Origin: Methanotrichaceae archaeon
GTDB lineage: Archaea > Halobacteriota > Methanosarcinia > Methanotrichales > Methanotrichaceae
Assembly: GCA_963754945.1 (NCBI GenBank)
Contig: CAVWIG010000023.1
Coordinates: 1-64,000, forward strand
Length of the DNA: 64,000 nt
Reading direction: 5' to 3'
The first letter of the stretch is position 1. Each line of letters begins with the position of its first letter. Of this stretch, positions 52,382 through 63,067 are shown in pieces. The notes under the pieces were generated by a model, which saw nothing but the letters and a program-made list of their open reading frames with translations, was not told where the DNA came from and searched no databases. A program made the position numbers and the translations under genes.

Positions 52382-53530
52382 TTATAGGTTCTTCAGCACT
52401 GCTTCCAGATCTACCAGGAACAGATTGATGTTCTCATGGGTCATGTGCGGCATCAGTATTAACCTGAGCGCCCTATTTGGCTCTCTGGTCATGGAAACAT
52501 GCCAACCACGCTTGATAAGCTCCGATCTTACTACGGATGTCGATTTAACCTTGAGAGCAACCACGTTCATTACCGGCTCGATGACCGGATTTATGCCAAT
52601 CTGTTTTGAGCCTGCTACAAGGTGTCTGGTCAGATCCATGCAGTAGCTGACCACTTTCCTGAAACCCGACCTTCCAAGATGAATCATGACAGCATAAGTG
52701 GCTGCTGCTGCTGCTCCGCTCCTGGTACCTGTGAGCGATGCCTGCCTGGCAACAGTCAAGTAGTGCGTGTCAAGCTCCAAGGCGTTCATGTCCCTAAACG
52801 TCCTGAAGAGCAGGCCGCCTGCAGGTATGGTGCTCATGCCCATCTTGTGAGGGTCAATGGTGATTGAGGATACACCGGCAACACGGAAGTCCCATCTGTA
52901 ATCTCTGTCCAGGAATGGAAGCACAAACCCGCCAAAAGCTGCGTCCACGTGAAGGTGGATCCCTCTATCCTTGGCGATCTTGGCCAACTCGTCGATGGGG
53001 TCAACTTGACCAAACTCTGTTGTACCTGCTATCCCGACCACAGCCACTGTTCGATCGTCCACCAACCGCTCAACGGACGATATGTCCACGCTGAGATTTT
53101 CATCAAGATCGGCCTTGCGAACCTCCAGGTTGAGCAGATCCCCGATTTTGTCGAAGGAGAAATGGGCGGAGGCTGGGACAACTACGTTGCCATCTCTCAC
53201 GCGCGATGCGCTCCTTGCGGCCCTGATGGCCTGGATATTGGACTCAGTGCCGCCGGTGGATATGTATCCCACTGCATCGGGACATCCCAGAAGGTCTCCC
53301 ATAATACTGATTGTCCGGGCTTCCAGCTCGGCTACTCCCGGGAATAGTCCCGGATCGCCAAGGTTGGTCTCCAAAAAGAGGTTGTGCGCCTTGACCGCGA
53401 TTGAGTGCGGCCTGGTGCACATGGTGGAGAAGAACCTGTCGTACTGCAGGTCCCGGCCCTTCATATCCTCCAGGATCCTGAGGACCTCTTCCTCCGGAAT
53501 GGAATCCTCAGGAAGAGAATTCTCCATCAA
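52382..53530 (-). CDS. mfnA: L-tyrosine/L-aspartate decarboxylase
   Basis: MCT.PH, NLGDPGLFPG, GGTESN, HVDAAFGG, DPHK. Confidence 0.94.
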   Translation of the reverse strand: MMENSLPEDSIPEEEVLRILEDMKGRDLQYDRFFSTMCTRPHSIAVKAHNLFLETNLGDPGLFPGVAELEARTISIMGDLLGCPDAVGYISTGGTESNIQAIRAARSASRVRDGNVVVPASAHFSFDKIGDLLNLEVRKADLDENLSVDISSVERLVDDRTVAVVGIAGTTEFGQVDPIDELAKIAKDRGIHLHVDAAFGGFVLPFLDRDYRWDFRVAGVSSITIDPHKMGMSTIPAGGLLFRTFRDMNALELDTHYLTVARQASLTGTRSGAAAAATYAVMIHLGRSGFRKVVSYCMDLTRHLVAGSKQIGINPVIEPVMNVVALKVKSTSVVRSELIKRGWHVSMTREPNRALRLILMPHMTHENINLFLVDLEAVLKNL

Positions 53531-55803
53531 CTTTTATCCCTCACCGCCTTCAGCATCAGGATCTTCTCTGCTCGGGCCACTGTCTCCCTGACAACAGCAA
53601 CCGCATCGATATTAGCGGATATGCTGGTGATGCCTATCTCGACCAAGCGCTTGGCCATCTCCGGGTAGGATCCAGCCTGTCCGCAGATGGAGGTCTTGAC
53701 TCCCGCCTCGTTGCACCTCTCAACGACGTACTCTATCTGCTTGAGTATGGCAGGATGTAGCTCAGTATAAAGTCCGGCTACGTTTTCGTTGTTCCGATCG
53801 ACGGCCAGGGTGTACTGGGTCAGGTCGTTGGTCCCGAAGGAGACGAAGTCTAGGCCGTCATCGATGAAGTCTTCGATGGTAAGGGCCGCTCCTGGAGTCT
53901 CCACCATTATCCCCACATCGATCTTCTCCAGGTCCAGGCCTTCGTCGATCATTATGGCCTTGGCAGCCCGCAGCTCGCGGACGTGCTGAACCATGGGCAG
54001 CATTATTCCAACGTTGGTCAACCCTATTTCGTGCAGCTTCTTGAAGGCTCTGACCTCCAACCGGAAATGATCAGTCTCGACCAGGTCTCTGCGAATGCCG
54101 CGCCAGCCAAGCATTGGATTGTGTTCGACCGGCTCGCCCTCGCCGCCCTCCATTGCCCTGAACTCGTCCGTCGGGGCATCGAGAGTCCTGACCCAGACCG
54201 GCCTGGGATAGAATGCATCGGCGACTGTCTTGACGCCCTTGACCAGCTCGTCGATGTACTCCTCGGTCTTGCTGTTCTTTATGTACCAGTTGGGGGTCTT
54301 GCCTAGGCCGAGGATCATGTGCTCGATTCTGAGCAGCCCGACGCCGTCCGCCAGAGTGGCAGCAGCCGCTTGAGCGCGATCGGGCTCGCTGATGTTGACC
54401 TTGACCTCCGTCGCGGTAATTGGCTTGGACACCATGACGACTGCCCCAGACGCGACCGCCGGTTTGGCCGACTCCGGAGCGGCAACGCGGCCCTCGTAGA
54501 CCATGCCCTTGCTTCCATCGACCGTAACTTCCATACCGTCTTGTAAAACCGAAGTTGCCTTCTTGGTTCCCACAACAGCCGGGCAGCCCAGCTCTCTGCT
54601 GACTATTGCCGCATGACAGGCCATGCCGCCCTCATCGGTGACTATTGCTCCGGCCCGCTTCATTCCGGGAACCATGTCTGGCATTGTCATCTTGGTAACC
54701 ATGATGTCGCCCTGCTTGATCTTGCCCAGATCCTTTCCGGCGGTGATGAGTCTTACGATACCTGTAGCCACGCCGGGGGATGCTCCCAAGCCCGTTACCA
54801 GTATCTTGCCTTTGACGGCTGCTTCCGCAGCAGGCTTTTTACCATTGTTAATCGTTGTTATTGGCCTGGACTGTAGAATGTAGATCTTGTTCTTCTCCAC
54901 GCCCCATTCGATGTCCTGGGGAATTCCATAGTGTTTCTCGAGGATCTCGGCATAGCCAGCAAGTTGGAGAATCTCGTCATCCGTCAGCACGACTGCCTCT
55001 CTCTTTTTAGCCGGGACCTTGATGGTGACAGTCTTCAGGGATTTGGGGTCGCGTAAGATCTGGATCTCCTTGGCAGCGATGAACTTGCTCACTATGGTCT
55101 TCTTGGTCCTGTCGACAACGTAGTTGTCAGGAGAAACGGACCCGCTGACCACTGACTCGCCTAGACCCCAGGCTGCCTCAATGACAACTTGGGGTTCGCC
55201 TGTGCTTGGCTGTGAGCTGAACATCACTCCTGACTTCTCAGAGTCAACCATCTTCTGGACGATGGCCGAGAGGTTGACCTTCTCGTGATCGAAGCCCTGC
55301 TCAACCCTGTAGAAAATGGCCCTGGCTCCGTAAAGAGATGCCCAGCACTTCCTGACCGCCTCGAAGACCTGATCCGCTCCGCGCATGTTGAGGTAGGTTT
55401 CTTGCTGGCCTGCGAAGCTTGCATCGGGAAGGTCCTCTGCTGTTGCGCTAGAACGAACCGCCACGAAAACCTCCCTGCCCTCGCGCTTAGACAGTTCTTC
55501 GTACCGGGAGCGTATGGCCTGTTCGATGTCCTTGGGGACCTTGGCATCCATGATCAGCTTCTTGGCCTCTGCTTCTGCCTTGAGAAGCTGGGACTGATCG
55601 TTGACATCCACCTTTAGAGCATCAAAGAGCTTCTTTGAGATGCCAGAGCGATTGATGAAATCCCTGAAAGCCTGAGCCGTTACGGCAAAGCCTCCTGGAA
55701 CTGGCACATCGATGTTGATCATTTCACCGAGGCTTGCGCCCTTCCCTCCAACAGTGGCAAGGTCCTCCTTGCCAACTTCTTCCAGCCAAACAACAGCGTC
55801 CAT
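53527..55803 (-). CDS. ppsA: Phosphoenolpyruvate synthase
   Basis: VGGKGASLGE, AVRSSATAEDL..ASFAGQQET, CHAAIVSRE, SFGTNDLTQ. Confidence 0.96.
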   Translation of the reverse strand: MDAVVWLEEVGKEDLATVGGKGASLGEMINIDVPVPGGFAVTAQAFRDFINRSGISKKLFDALKVDVNDQSQLLKAEAEAKKLIMDAKVPKDIEQAIRSRYEELSKREGREVFVAVRSSATAEDLPDASFAGQQETYLNMRGADQVFEAVRKCWASLYGARAIFYRVEQGFDHEKVNLSAIVQKMVDSEKSGVMFSSQPSTGEPQVVIEAAWGLGESVVSGSVSPDNYVVDRTKKTIVSKFIAAKEIQILRDPKSLKTVTIKVPAKKREAVVLTDDEILQLAGYAEILEKHYGIPQDIEWGVEKNKIYILQSRPITTINNGKKPAAEAAVKGKILVTGLGASPGVATGIVRLITAGKDLGKIKQGDIMVTKMTMPDMVPGMKRAGAIVTDEGGMACHAAIVSRELGCPAVVGTKKATSVLQDGMEVTVDGSKGMVYEGRVAAPESAKPAVASGAVVMVSKPITATEVKVNISEPDRAQAAAATLADGVGLLRIEHMILGLGKTPNWYIKNSKTEEYIDELVKGVKTVADAFYPRPVWVRTLDAPTDEFRAMEGGEGEPVEHNPMLGWRGIRRDLVETDHFRLEVRAFKKLHEIGLTNVGIMLPMVQHVRELRAAKAIMIDEGLDLEKIDVGIMVETPGAALTIEDFIDDGLDFVSFGTNDLTQYTLAVDRNNENVAGLYTELHPAILKQIEYVVERCNEAGVKTSICGQAGSYPEMAKRLVEIGITSISANIDAVAVVRETVARAEKILMLKAVRDKS

Positions 55804-55926
55804 TTTGAAACCTCCACCTGACAAGTCTGCCCGACCATCCAGCTATTACAATATATCAAGGTTTCACAGGGTATATAGGATATATACAAAAGGATAATAT
55901 CCGCGCCGGCATTTCCCTGACAGACC

Positions 55927-57087
55927 ATGTTCAAGCGATTCATGTGGGCAATGGAGGCCCTGGAAGCCCTGTTAGGAATTATTCAGCCAACCAATGCCCA
56001 GGAGCACATTCCCGTACAAGATTCTGTTGGAAGGGTATTATCCGAGGGGATCGTCTCGGCCGTCGATCTTCCAGAGTTCAACCGCGCGGCCATGGACGGA
56101 TATGCTGTCAGATCCAGCGACACCAGGAGCGCGAACACCACCAACCCGGTCTATCTCCACCTAGGCGAGAACGTCACGCAGGTTCGAACCGGCATGGCCG
56201 TGCCCGAAAACTTCGATGCCGTTGTCATGCTCGAAGAGACTTTTTTGCGCGGAAACCGAGTGGAGGTCATGGGCGAAGTTCATCCATTTCGAAACGTCTC
56301 TCGGATAGGCGAGGACATCGCCATCGGGGATTTGATCTTCGAAGGGGGACACAGGATTCGACCGCCTGACATCGCCCTGCTGGCGGCCCTGGGTATAAAA
56401 GGGGTTTTTGTGTACGCGCGACCCAAAATTGCCATTCTGCCTACGGGCAGCGAGCTGGTGGCTATAGGCGCGCGGTCGCTCTTACCAGGTGAAGCATACG
56501 AGATCAACGGGCTCATGGCCCGGCTTTACGTGGAGAAGTGGGGCGGTCTGGCTACGGTGCACGACATAGTCCCTGATGATCCAGAGCTGATCCGCGCGGC
56601 CATAGAATCAAACCTTGACGCAGACATGATAATTCTCATCGGCGGCACGTCCGTTGGAGAGAAAGACTACGCTCCGAAGGTCCTGGCAGAAATGGGCCAA
56701 TTGCTGGTTCACGGAGTGAGGATCCAGCCCGGGAAACCAACAGCCTTCGGCTCTGTCCAGGGCAAACCCGTGGTCTGCCTGCCTGGCTATCCTGTAGCTG
56801 CGCTTGCCGACCTTTACCTGTTCGTCAGACCGGCTCTAAAAAAGCTGGCTCACCTTAACGATGCTGTGCCTAAGACCACTGCCAGGCTTGCTCGCAAGAT
56901 TGCCTCCAAGACCGGCTATCTGAGCATTGTCAGGGTCAAAATCGATGGCGAAATGGCAATGCCAATCATGACCTCAGGCGCGGGCATTCTCAGCTCGGTA
57001 GCCAGGGCCGATGGCTTTGTGATCGTGCCTGAGGAGCTGGAAGGGATCGAAGCTGGAGAGACGGTTGAAGTCATGATGATTGAATAA
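55927..57087 (+). CDS. moeA: Molybdopterin molybdotransferase
   Basis: F.RAAMDGYAV, TGSEL, GGTSVG..D, PGKP, LPGYP. Confidence 0.93.
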   Translation: MFKRFMWAMEALEALLGIIQPTNAQEHIPVQDSVGRVLSEGIVSAVDLPEFNRAAMDGYAVRSSDTRSANTTNPVYLHLGENVTQVRTGMAVPENFDAVVMLEETFLRGNRVEVMGEVHPFRNVSRIGEDIAIGDLIFEGGHRIRPPDIALLAALGIKGVFVYARPKIAILPTGSELVAIGARSLLPGEAYEINGLMARLYVEKWGGLATVHDIVPDDPELIRAAIESNLDADMIILIGGTSVGEKDYAPKVLAEMGQLLVHGVRIQPGKPTAFGSVQGKPVVCLPGYPVAALADLYLFVRPALKKLAHLNDAVPKTTARLARKIASKTGYLSIVRVKIDGEMAMPIMTSGAGILSSVARADGFVIVPEELEGIEAGETVEVMMIE

Positions 57088-57300
57088 TTAAAGTGTCCGG
57101 CCTCAACTCAAGGTACATTCCATCTTCCTCAACCTCTCCGGTTTCCTGCTCAATTACTCTGGGAATCCCGAAGGATTGCATATTGGAAGAGAAAGATTCG
57201 TACCGATATTGCCTAAGTCCAACGCCCAAGCGCCGCAGAAAAGATTAAAGGCCTCCTAGAATCCGTTTATGAATCAGGGAGGACCTTTGGTTGATCTTCC

Positions 57301-58047
57301 TTAATTGTTCTTGCCTTTTCCTTGATTGCCATGGTCCCCTTGGTCTCCTCCATTGCCTCCATTTCCTCCCGAAGACACGAATGTCCCATGGTCAAAGCCA
57401 TTGGAGCCAAAGAATCCGGGGAAGTTGTTGTAATATGGCATCTGATAGTAGGAAGGAAGCAGGTAGTAGTTCACTGGCGGCACATAAGTTCCTGTTACAT
57501 CTATGATCACGGTATTGCTTACCTGACCGTTTATGCCGAAGGAAAGGACGTGACGTCCTATTGTGTCAGCATAGAATGTGAACATGCTGTACGGGAAGAA
57601 GTAGAAGTTTGAATTGTACATAGATCCGTCCGGGCGTATTTCATTGAGATATCCGTTTCCTCCGGTTGGCGAGACGGCCAGGAGAGACACCGATGCACCC
57701 TGGGGAATCGCAGCGTACTGTGCCCAGTCGGTTGCACCTTGAATCCACAAAGAGTAGACTCCAGTGTTGGCTGGATTTGACATGTACTGTGGATAAGGTA
57801 CAGCCTGATTCAGAGTGCTGAAGTAAAGGTAGGACGGCAACTTCCCGGTTATATCAAATTGCGCTGGGGCACTTATATGAGTACCAGGAACAGATCCTGG
57901 CATCGTATAATACTCTGCGTACTGCGAAGTCGCCCCCACCTGAACCGTGCTCGGACTAGAAGACGTTGCATACTGCCCTTGGGCCCCGAACGAACTTACA
58001 AAAACGATCAGGACCAGCAAGGCCGGGAAAAGTCTGGATAATTTCAT
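57301..58047 (-). CDS. Intact secreted member of the WxQGATxWxQY...ADxxGRH family
   Basis: Signal peptide; LWIQGATDWAQY, FYADTIGRHVL; G/N-rich tail. Confidence 0.8.
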   Translation of the reverse strand: MKLSRLFPALLVLIVFVSSFGAQGQYATSSSPSTVQVGATSQYAEYYTMPGSVPGTHISAPAQFDITGKLPSYLYFSTLNQAVPYPQYMSNPANTGVYSLWIQGATDWAQYAAIPQGASVSLLAVSPTGGNGYLNEIRPDGSMYNSNFYFFPYSMFTFYADTIGRHVLSFGINGQVSNTVIIDVTGTYVPPVNYYLLPSYYQMPYYNNFPGFFGSNGFDHGTFVSSGGNGGNGGDQGDHGNQGKGKNN

Positions 58048-58298
58048 AGTTCTATGCTCCTATTGTCGATTATTAGTATTAATAATAGGCCTCAAAGGAA
58101 TAAATAGATTTTGAATTTTTTTGACTGTTTGGGCGCAATTTTTGTCCATTCAATTTTGATGCGGCACAAAAATAACAACAACCTCCTAAGGTTTTTACCC
58201 AATTGTGATACAATCTTATCTTGGCTGAGGAACCAGAGGAATCGAATAACGATAGACTATTTGATTAACGCAACCTAATGAGCCAAGATCAAATGAGT

Positions 58299-59569
58299 GG
58301 CAGTGTAACGATTTTTCTGTACTTTGATAATAAGAATGATTATCGGCCCTGTATCCTATCCAATCTTGAGAAAAGGAGGACACAGGACCATGATACCCAT
58401 AGCACTCTTGGAAGATTACCTTATCGATCAGGAAGATGGACTAAAGAAGCTTCTGACCTGGTTCTTGAACCTTGTAATGCAGCTAGAAGCGGCGCAACAG
58501 GCAGATGCAGAACCGTATCAGAGAGTCGAATCCCGAAAGGCACATAGGAATGGCTACAAGGAAAGATCTCTGAAGACGCGAGTTGGAGAGCTCCGACTCA
58601 AGAAACCTCAATTCCGTGAAATTTCCTTCGAAACCAAGGTGTTCGACAGATTTTCGCGCGTAGAGAAGGCTTTGGTCAACGCTGTACTCGAATCGTATCT
58701 CCAGGGGGTTTCAACCAGGAGAATCCAAGATATTGTCTCTCGATTTGGCATCGAGAATTTATCTGCCTCTAGCGTTTCCAGGATATCCAAAGAGCTTGAC
58801 GAGAAGGTAGAAGAATTCCTGAAGAAACCTATCGAACGTCCTATTCCTTATCTTTATGTAGATGCAAGCTACTTCAAAGTAAGAACAGAATCAAGATATG
58901 TTACCAAAGCTTTCATGATCGTCACAGGTGTTAGAGATGACGGTTATCGCGAGATACTTGGCGCAAGAATAGCTGACAGTGAAGATGAACTCTTCTGGTC
59001 GGGATTATTTCAAGATCTGGCGGATCGTGGGTTGTCCGGAGTAAAGCTCGTGATATCAGATGGTCATAAGGGAATCCAGAAAGCGGTTGAGAAATCATTT
59101 CTTGGTGCTTCATGGCAAATGTGTCACGTTCACTTTTCAAGAGCGGTCTTGAGAAACGTTGCCAAGAAGTATCATAAGGAGATCGCCGATAAGATCAAGA
59201 TCGCTCGGAAAGACGAAATCAAGATACAGGACTTAGCGAAAGAATTGAGGGAAAGAGGTTATGCGAAATCTGCTGACACTATCGACCGCTTCAGATTCAG
59301 TCTGTGGAATTACAGGGCATTCCCCAGAGGTCACTGGAGAAGGATTCGGATGACAAACGGGCTGGAGAGGATCAACAAGGAGCTGAAAAGAAGATCCAGG
59401 GTAGTCGGTGCCTTCCCAAGTGAGAGCTCGTTCATGAGGTTAGGGGTTTCGATCCTCATCGATATCAACGAAGAATGGCTGACCGCTAAAAAGTATTTAT
59501 CTATGGATGCTGATTGAGTATGTTGGGATACAGGGCAACTCCAAATTACAGAAATCTCGGCACACTACC
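58299..59569 (+). mobile_element. IS256-family element
   Basis: Imperfect TIR GGCAGTGT..GATTT.TCTGTA / TACAGAAATC..ACACTACC; 8-bp TSD AAATGAGT. Confidence 0.92.
58390..59517 (+). CDS. IS256 transposase
   Basis: RNGY..R, Y.QGVSTR, Y.DA, ISDGHKG, CHVHF, TN.LER.N.E.KRR. Confidence 0.95.
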   Translation: MIPIALLEDYLIDQEDGLKKLLTWFLNLVMQLEAAQQADAEPYQRVESRKAHRNGYKERSLKTRVGELRLKKPQFREISFETKVFDRFSRVEKALVNAVLESYLQGVSTRRIQDIVSRFGIENLSASSVSRISKELDEKVEEFLKKPIERPIPYLYVDASYFKVRTESRYVTKAFMIVTGVRDDGYREILGARIADSEDELFWSGLFQDLADRGLSGVKLVISDGHKGIQKAVEKSFLGASWQMCHVHFSRAVLRNVAKKYHKEIADKIKIARKDEIKIQDLAKELRERGYAKSADTIDRFRFSLWNYRAFPRGHWRRIRMTNGLERINKELKRRSRVVGAFPSESSFMRLGVSILIDINEEWLTAKKYLSMDAD

Positions 59570-59749
59570 AAATGAGTTCCATAGGATAGAATAGATGGAT
59601 GAATATGATATCTTTAACATTCGTCGCTGACTTTGTTATCTAAAGAAAAAGAACGGTGCCCACTAAATGCCGCTTTACCGATAAACAAGTAGACTTGATT
59701 AAAATAAGGTATCGTTGATTTAATATACCCAGACGGCCAGGCATAGATC

Positions 59750-60791
59750 ATGTCCAACTGGATCTACCCTGATTTTGAGTTCAAGCCCAAGAGACCGCTC
59801 TTCATGTGCATCATGTCCAACACCGACACAGGCAAGATTCCCGGAATAAGCGCCGCAGGAACAACGCCATATCTCACAGACTACACCCCAGGTGGAGACG
59901 CCGAGCTGGTAGAGACGAATAAGATAATTACCATGCCCGAGCTGCCCGAGGCCCCGGGCGGCTCGCCGACGCCCGCCATAGTGACAAAGGCAGCCCTCAA
60001 CCTTTCAGGCATACCTTCCCTATTCGTTGCCAGCGGCCTGCGAGTAAAGCCTGCGGTTCCCTTCATGGAGATGGGAGGATCGCCAGGGCACGACATCCGG
60101 AACGAGAGCGCTGTTGAGGGCGTGGAGGGCATATACCAGAGGGCGGAGCTGGCTGGCAAGAAGCTGGCTAAGCTCTCCGACTGCGTCTTCATAGGCGAAT
60201 CTATCGCCGGCGGGACGACCACTGCTCTGGCAGTCCTGAAGGCCCTGGGGTACGATGCAAACGTGAGCAGCAGCTTTGCCACTAATCCGGTGGAGCTGAA
60301 GCAGAAGGTAGTGGTTGAGGCCATGAAACGCTCCGGGATATCCTTGGGCGGTTTTAAGAACGATCCACTGCGGGGCCGTGGCCGAGATGGGTGATCCCAT
60401 GATGCCCTGCGCCCTGGGCCTCATGAAAGGGCTGAAGGGAACAAAGGTGGTCATGAGCGGCGGAACGCAGATGGCAGCGGTCCTAGCGTTGGCCAAGGCC
60501 ATGAACATAGAAGGCGACATATCCATAGCCACCACCAAGTACATCGACGATGACAAGAGCGCCAGCTTCCGCAAGATCGTGGAGGAGACTGGCCGGCCTT
60601 ACTACTTCTCTGATCCTGGCCTGGAGAGGTCAAAGATTCCACCAGTCCAGATATATGCCCAAGGGTATGTAAAGGAGGGCGTAGGCATGGGAGGAGCCGT
60701 CCTTGCTGCCAGCCTTTACGGCGTCACACAACAGCAGATAGTGGAGGAGGCCGACCGCGTTCTGATGACCGTGGAGCTGCCTAAGAAGTGA
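59750..60791 (+). CDS. cobT: Archaeal-type nicotinate-nucleotide:lower-ligand phosphoribosyltransferase, split by +1 frameshift at G4 60372-60375
   Basis: IPGISAAG, YTP..DAE, PTPA.VT, GESI.GGTTTA, GDPM, GGTQM.AV, G.VKEGVG.GG. Confidence 0.88.
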
Positions 60792-60818
60792 AGGAAAGTT
60801 CCCATTTTTTTGCTTGAT

Positions 60819-61853
60819 ATGAAAGCAGCTGTTTTGAAGGCCCCGGGCATTCTTGAGCTAGAGGACCTCCCCGACCCGGAATGCCCGAAGGGTGGTGCCC
60901 TAATCGAGGTTAAGGCCTGCTCCGTTTGCGGAACGGATGTCAAGATGCTCCAGAAAGGCCACAAGGACCTCGTTTATCCCCGGGTTCTGGGCCACGAGAT
61001 CGTCGGCGAGATCGCTGAGATCGACCAAGAGTGCAACATAGTTGAGGGAGACTTAGTCCAGGTCTGGCCCGGGATCGCCTGTGGCATATGCAGGCCCTGT
61101 CTTCGAGGAAATGACAACCAGTGCGAGAGAATGAAGATCCTCGGCTTCAATCGGGATGGCGGTTTTGCCGAGCTTGTCGCCCTGCCAAAAGAGTGCATTT
61201 CCAGAGGCATGAACTTGATCGACCGCCGTGCGATCAACCTTGACGTCATCTCCCTTGCCGAACCGTTAGCTTGCTGCTTAAACGGCCAGGAGTTGACGGC
61301 GATCTCGGAAGGCGATGTCGTTCTCATAATCGGCGGCGGACCCATCGGATGTCTTCATGCCGTCCTGGCAGAGCTGCGTGGTACAGAAAAGATAATAGTA
61401 GCCGAGAAGCTGGAAAACAGGATCGGTAAAATCAAGAGACACACAGCTTGCAGAGTATTGGATGTCTTTCTGCCATTGCAAGAAGCCGTCTTCGAGGAAA
61501 CCCACGGAAAAGGCGTAGACGTGATCCTGATGGCTACGCCAGAGGTCGGGATCGATAACTCTCTGTTAAAGCTGCTGGCTCCCGGAGGAAGAATATGCAT
61601 CTTTTCAGGTCCCAGATCAGGAGACTATGAAAGGACGATAGACATCAGGTCTATGCACTACAGGGAGTTGACGATTGTTGGAGCCTACGGATGCTCCAGT
61701 CGCCAGAACAAGCAGGCTGCACAGCTGCTTGCCTCAGGCGCTTTAGACGTCGACTGGATCATAACAAAGAGGACTAACCTTGAGAATATCGGGGAAGCAT
61801 TGGACCATTCTTCAGAGAGAAGAGGACTGAAAGCTGTAATTAATGGGGTTTAG
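60819..61853 (+). CDS. Zn-dependent NAD medium-chain dehydrogenase (sorbitol/threonine DH-like)
   Basis: CGTD, GHE, CxxCxxC-x7-C, EPL, GGGPIG. Confidence 0.9.
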   Translation: MKAAVLKAPGILELEDLPDPECPKGGALIEVKACSVCGTDVKMLQKGHKDLVYPRVLGHEIVGEIAEIDQECNIVEGDLVQVWPGIACGICRPCLRGNDNQCERMKILGFNRDGGFAELVALPKECISRGMNLIDRRAINLDVISLAEPLACCLNGQELTAISEGDVVLIIGGGPIGCLHAVLAELRGTEKIIVAEKLENRIGKIKRHTACRVLDVFLPLQEAVFEETHGKGVDVILMATPEVGIDNSLLKLLAPGGRICIFSGPRSGDYERTIDIRSMHYRELTIVGAYGCSSRQNKQAAQLLASGALDVDWIITKRTNLENIGEALDHSSERRGLKAVINGV

Positions 61854-62990
61854 GTGTTTTCTATGGAATCTATGGAAGAAAAGATGATGTATTTCGGAAA
61901 TAAGGTGGATTCGTTGATAAAGGGCCTGAACCTTGACAGGTCGGAAGCCAGGGAGTTGTTTTGCCAGATTCTTCTGAATGTTCAGCCCGACCTTCAGCAG
62001 GGGGCATTCCTGGCGGCAATTACAGCCAAGGGCGCCACCCCTGAGGAGATCGCTGGAATATGGGAGGCGATTTACGAAATAGATACAGTCAAAGTCTGCC
62101 CGGAAGTCGACGGTCCACTTGTGGAAAATTGCGGAACGGGGATGGACGCCATCAAGACCTTCAACATCAGCACTGCCGCATCGATAGTGGCCGCATCCGA
62201 CGGCATAATAATGGCCAAGCATGGGGCCAGAGCTATAACATCGAAGTGTGGGGCAGTGGACATCCTGGAGGAGCTGGGCGTCGACGTGGAGTGCGATGTC
62301 GCCCTGGTAAAGAAGAGCATCGAACACGCTGGCATCGGCATCTTCAACGGCATGAGCGGCAAAGTTCACCCTCAGGCCCTTTACAGGATTTTGTCTCAGA
62401 TCAGATTTGGGACTATCCTCAACATCGCTGGGTCCCTGGCAAATCCGGCCCTGCCTACGCTCGGCGTACGGGGCGTCTATTCCAGAGAGATGGTGTTGCC
62501 CATAGCCAGGGCAATGAGAGAGATCGGCTACCGCAGGGCCTTTGTGGTCCACGGGCTCTGTGCCGACGGGACAAGGGGCATGGACGAGATATCTACCCTG
62601 GGAGAAACCATAGCTGCCGAGCTGAACGATGACGGTGAGATAAACGAGTTCACCATCTCCGCCAGAGAGATGGGCATCGAAAAAGGTGATGAGACGTCGA
62701 TTCTCCACCAGGCAGACAGGAAGAGGGAAGCCGTGAGGCTTCTAAGGATACTGTCCGGCGACGAAGTCGGCCCCAGGAGAGAGATCGTCTGCCTGAACGC
62801 AGCCCCAATCCTCTACATCGCAGGCCATGCCTCTGACATGCTGGATGCCACAGAGAAGGCCGCTGAGATCATAGACAGCGGAAAGCCCATTGATAAGCTG
62901 AAAGCATGGGTATCGGAACAAAACGCGAATCCGGGAGAGCGACTTGAACACCTTGAAGAAATGCTCGATCTGGCCTCCACCGAATCGTGA
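61854..62990 (+). CDS. Anthranilate phosphoribosyltransferase-like protein (divergent)
   Basis: CGTGMD..KTFNIST, AKHG.R, GMDEIS, LNAA. Confidence 0.85.
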   Translation: MFSMESMEEKMMYFGNKVDSLIKGLNLDRSEARELFCQILLNVQPDLQQGAFLAAITAKGATPEEIAGIWEAIYEIDTVKVCPEVDGPLVENCGTGMDAIKTFNISTAASIVAASDGIIMAKHGARAITSKCGAVDILEELGVDVECDVALVKKSIEHAGIGIFNGMSGKVHPQALYRILSQIRFGTILNIAGSLANPALPTLGVRGVYSREMVLPIARAMREIGYRRAFVVHGLCADGTRGMDEISTLGETIAAELNDDGEINEFTISAREMGIEKGDETSILHQADRKREAVRLLRILSGDEVGPRREIVCLNAAPILYIAGHASDMLDATEKAAEIIDSGKPIDKLKAWVSEQNANPGERLEHLEEMLDLASTES

Positions 62991-63067
62991 CTTTCTTTTC
63001 GACATCTTTTTTTTAAAAAAATTTTAATATTATTAAATATTAATGTTCGGCTGAATAAGTCATTCGA

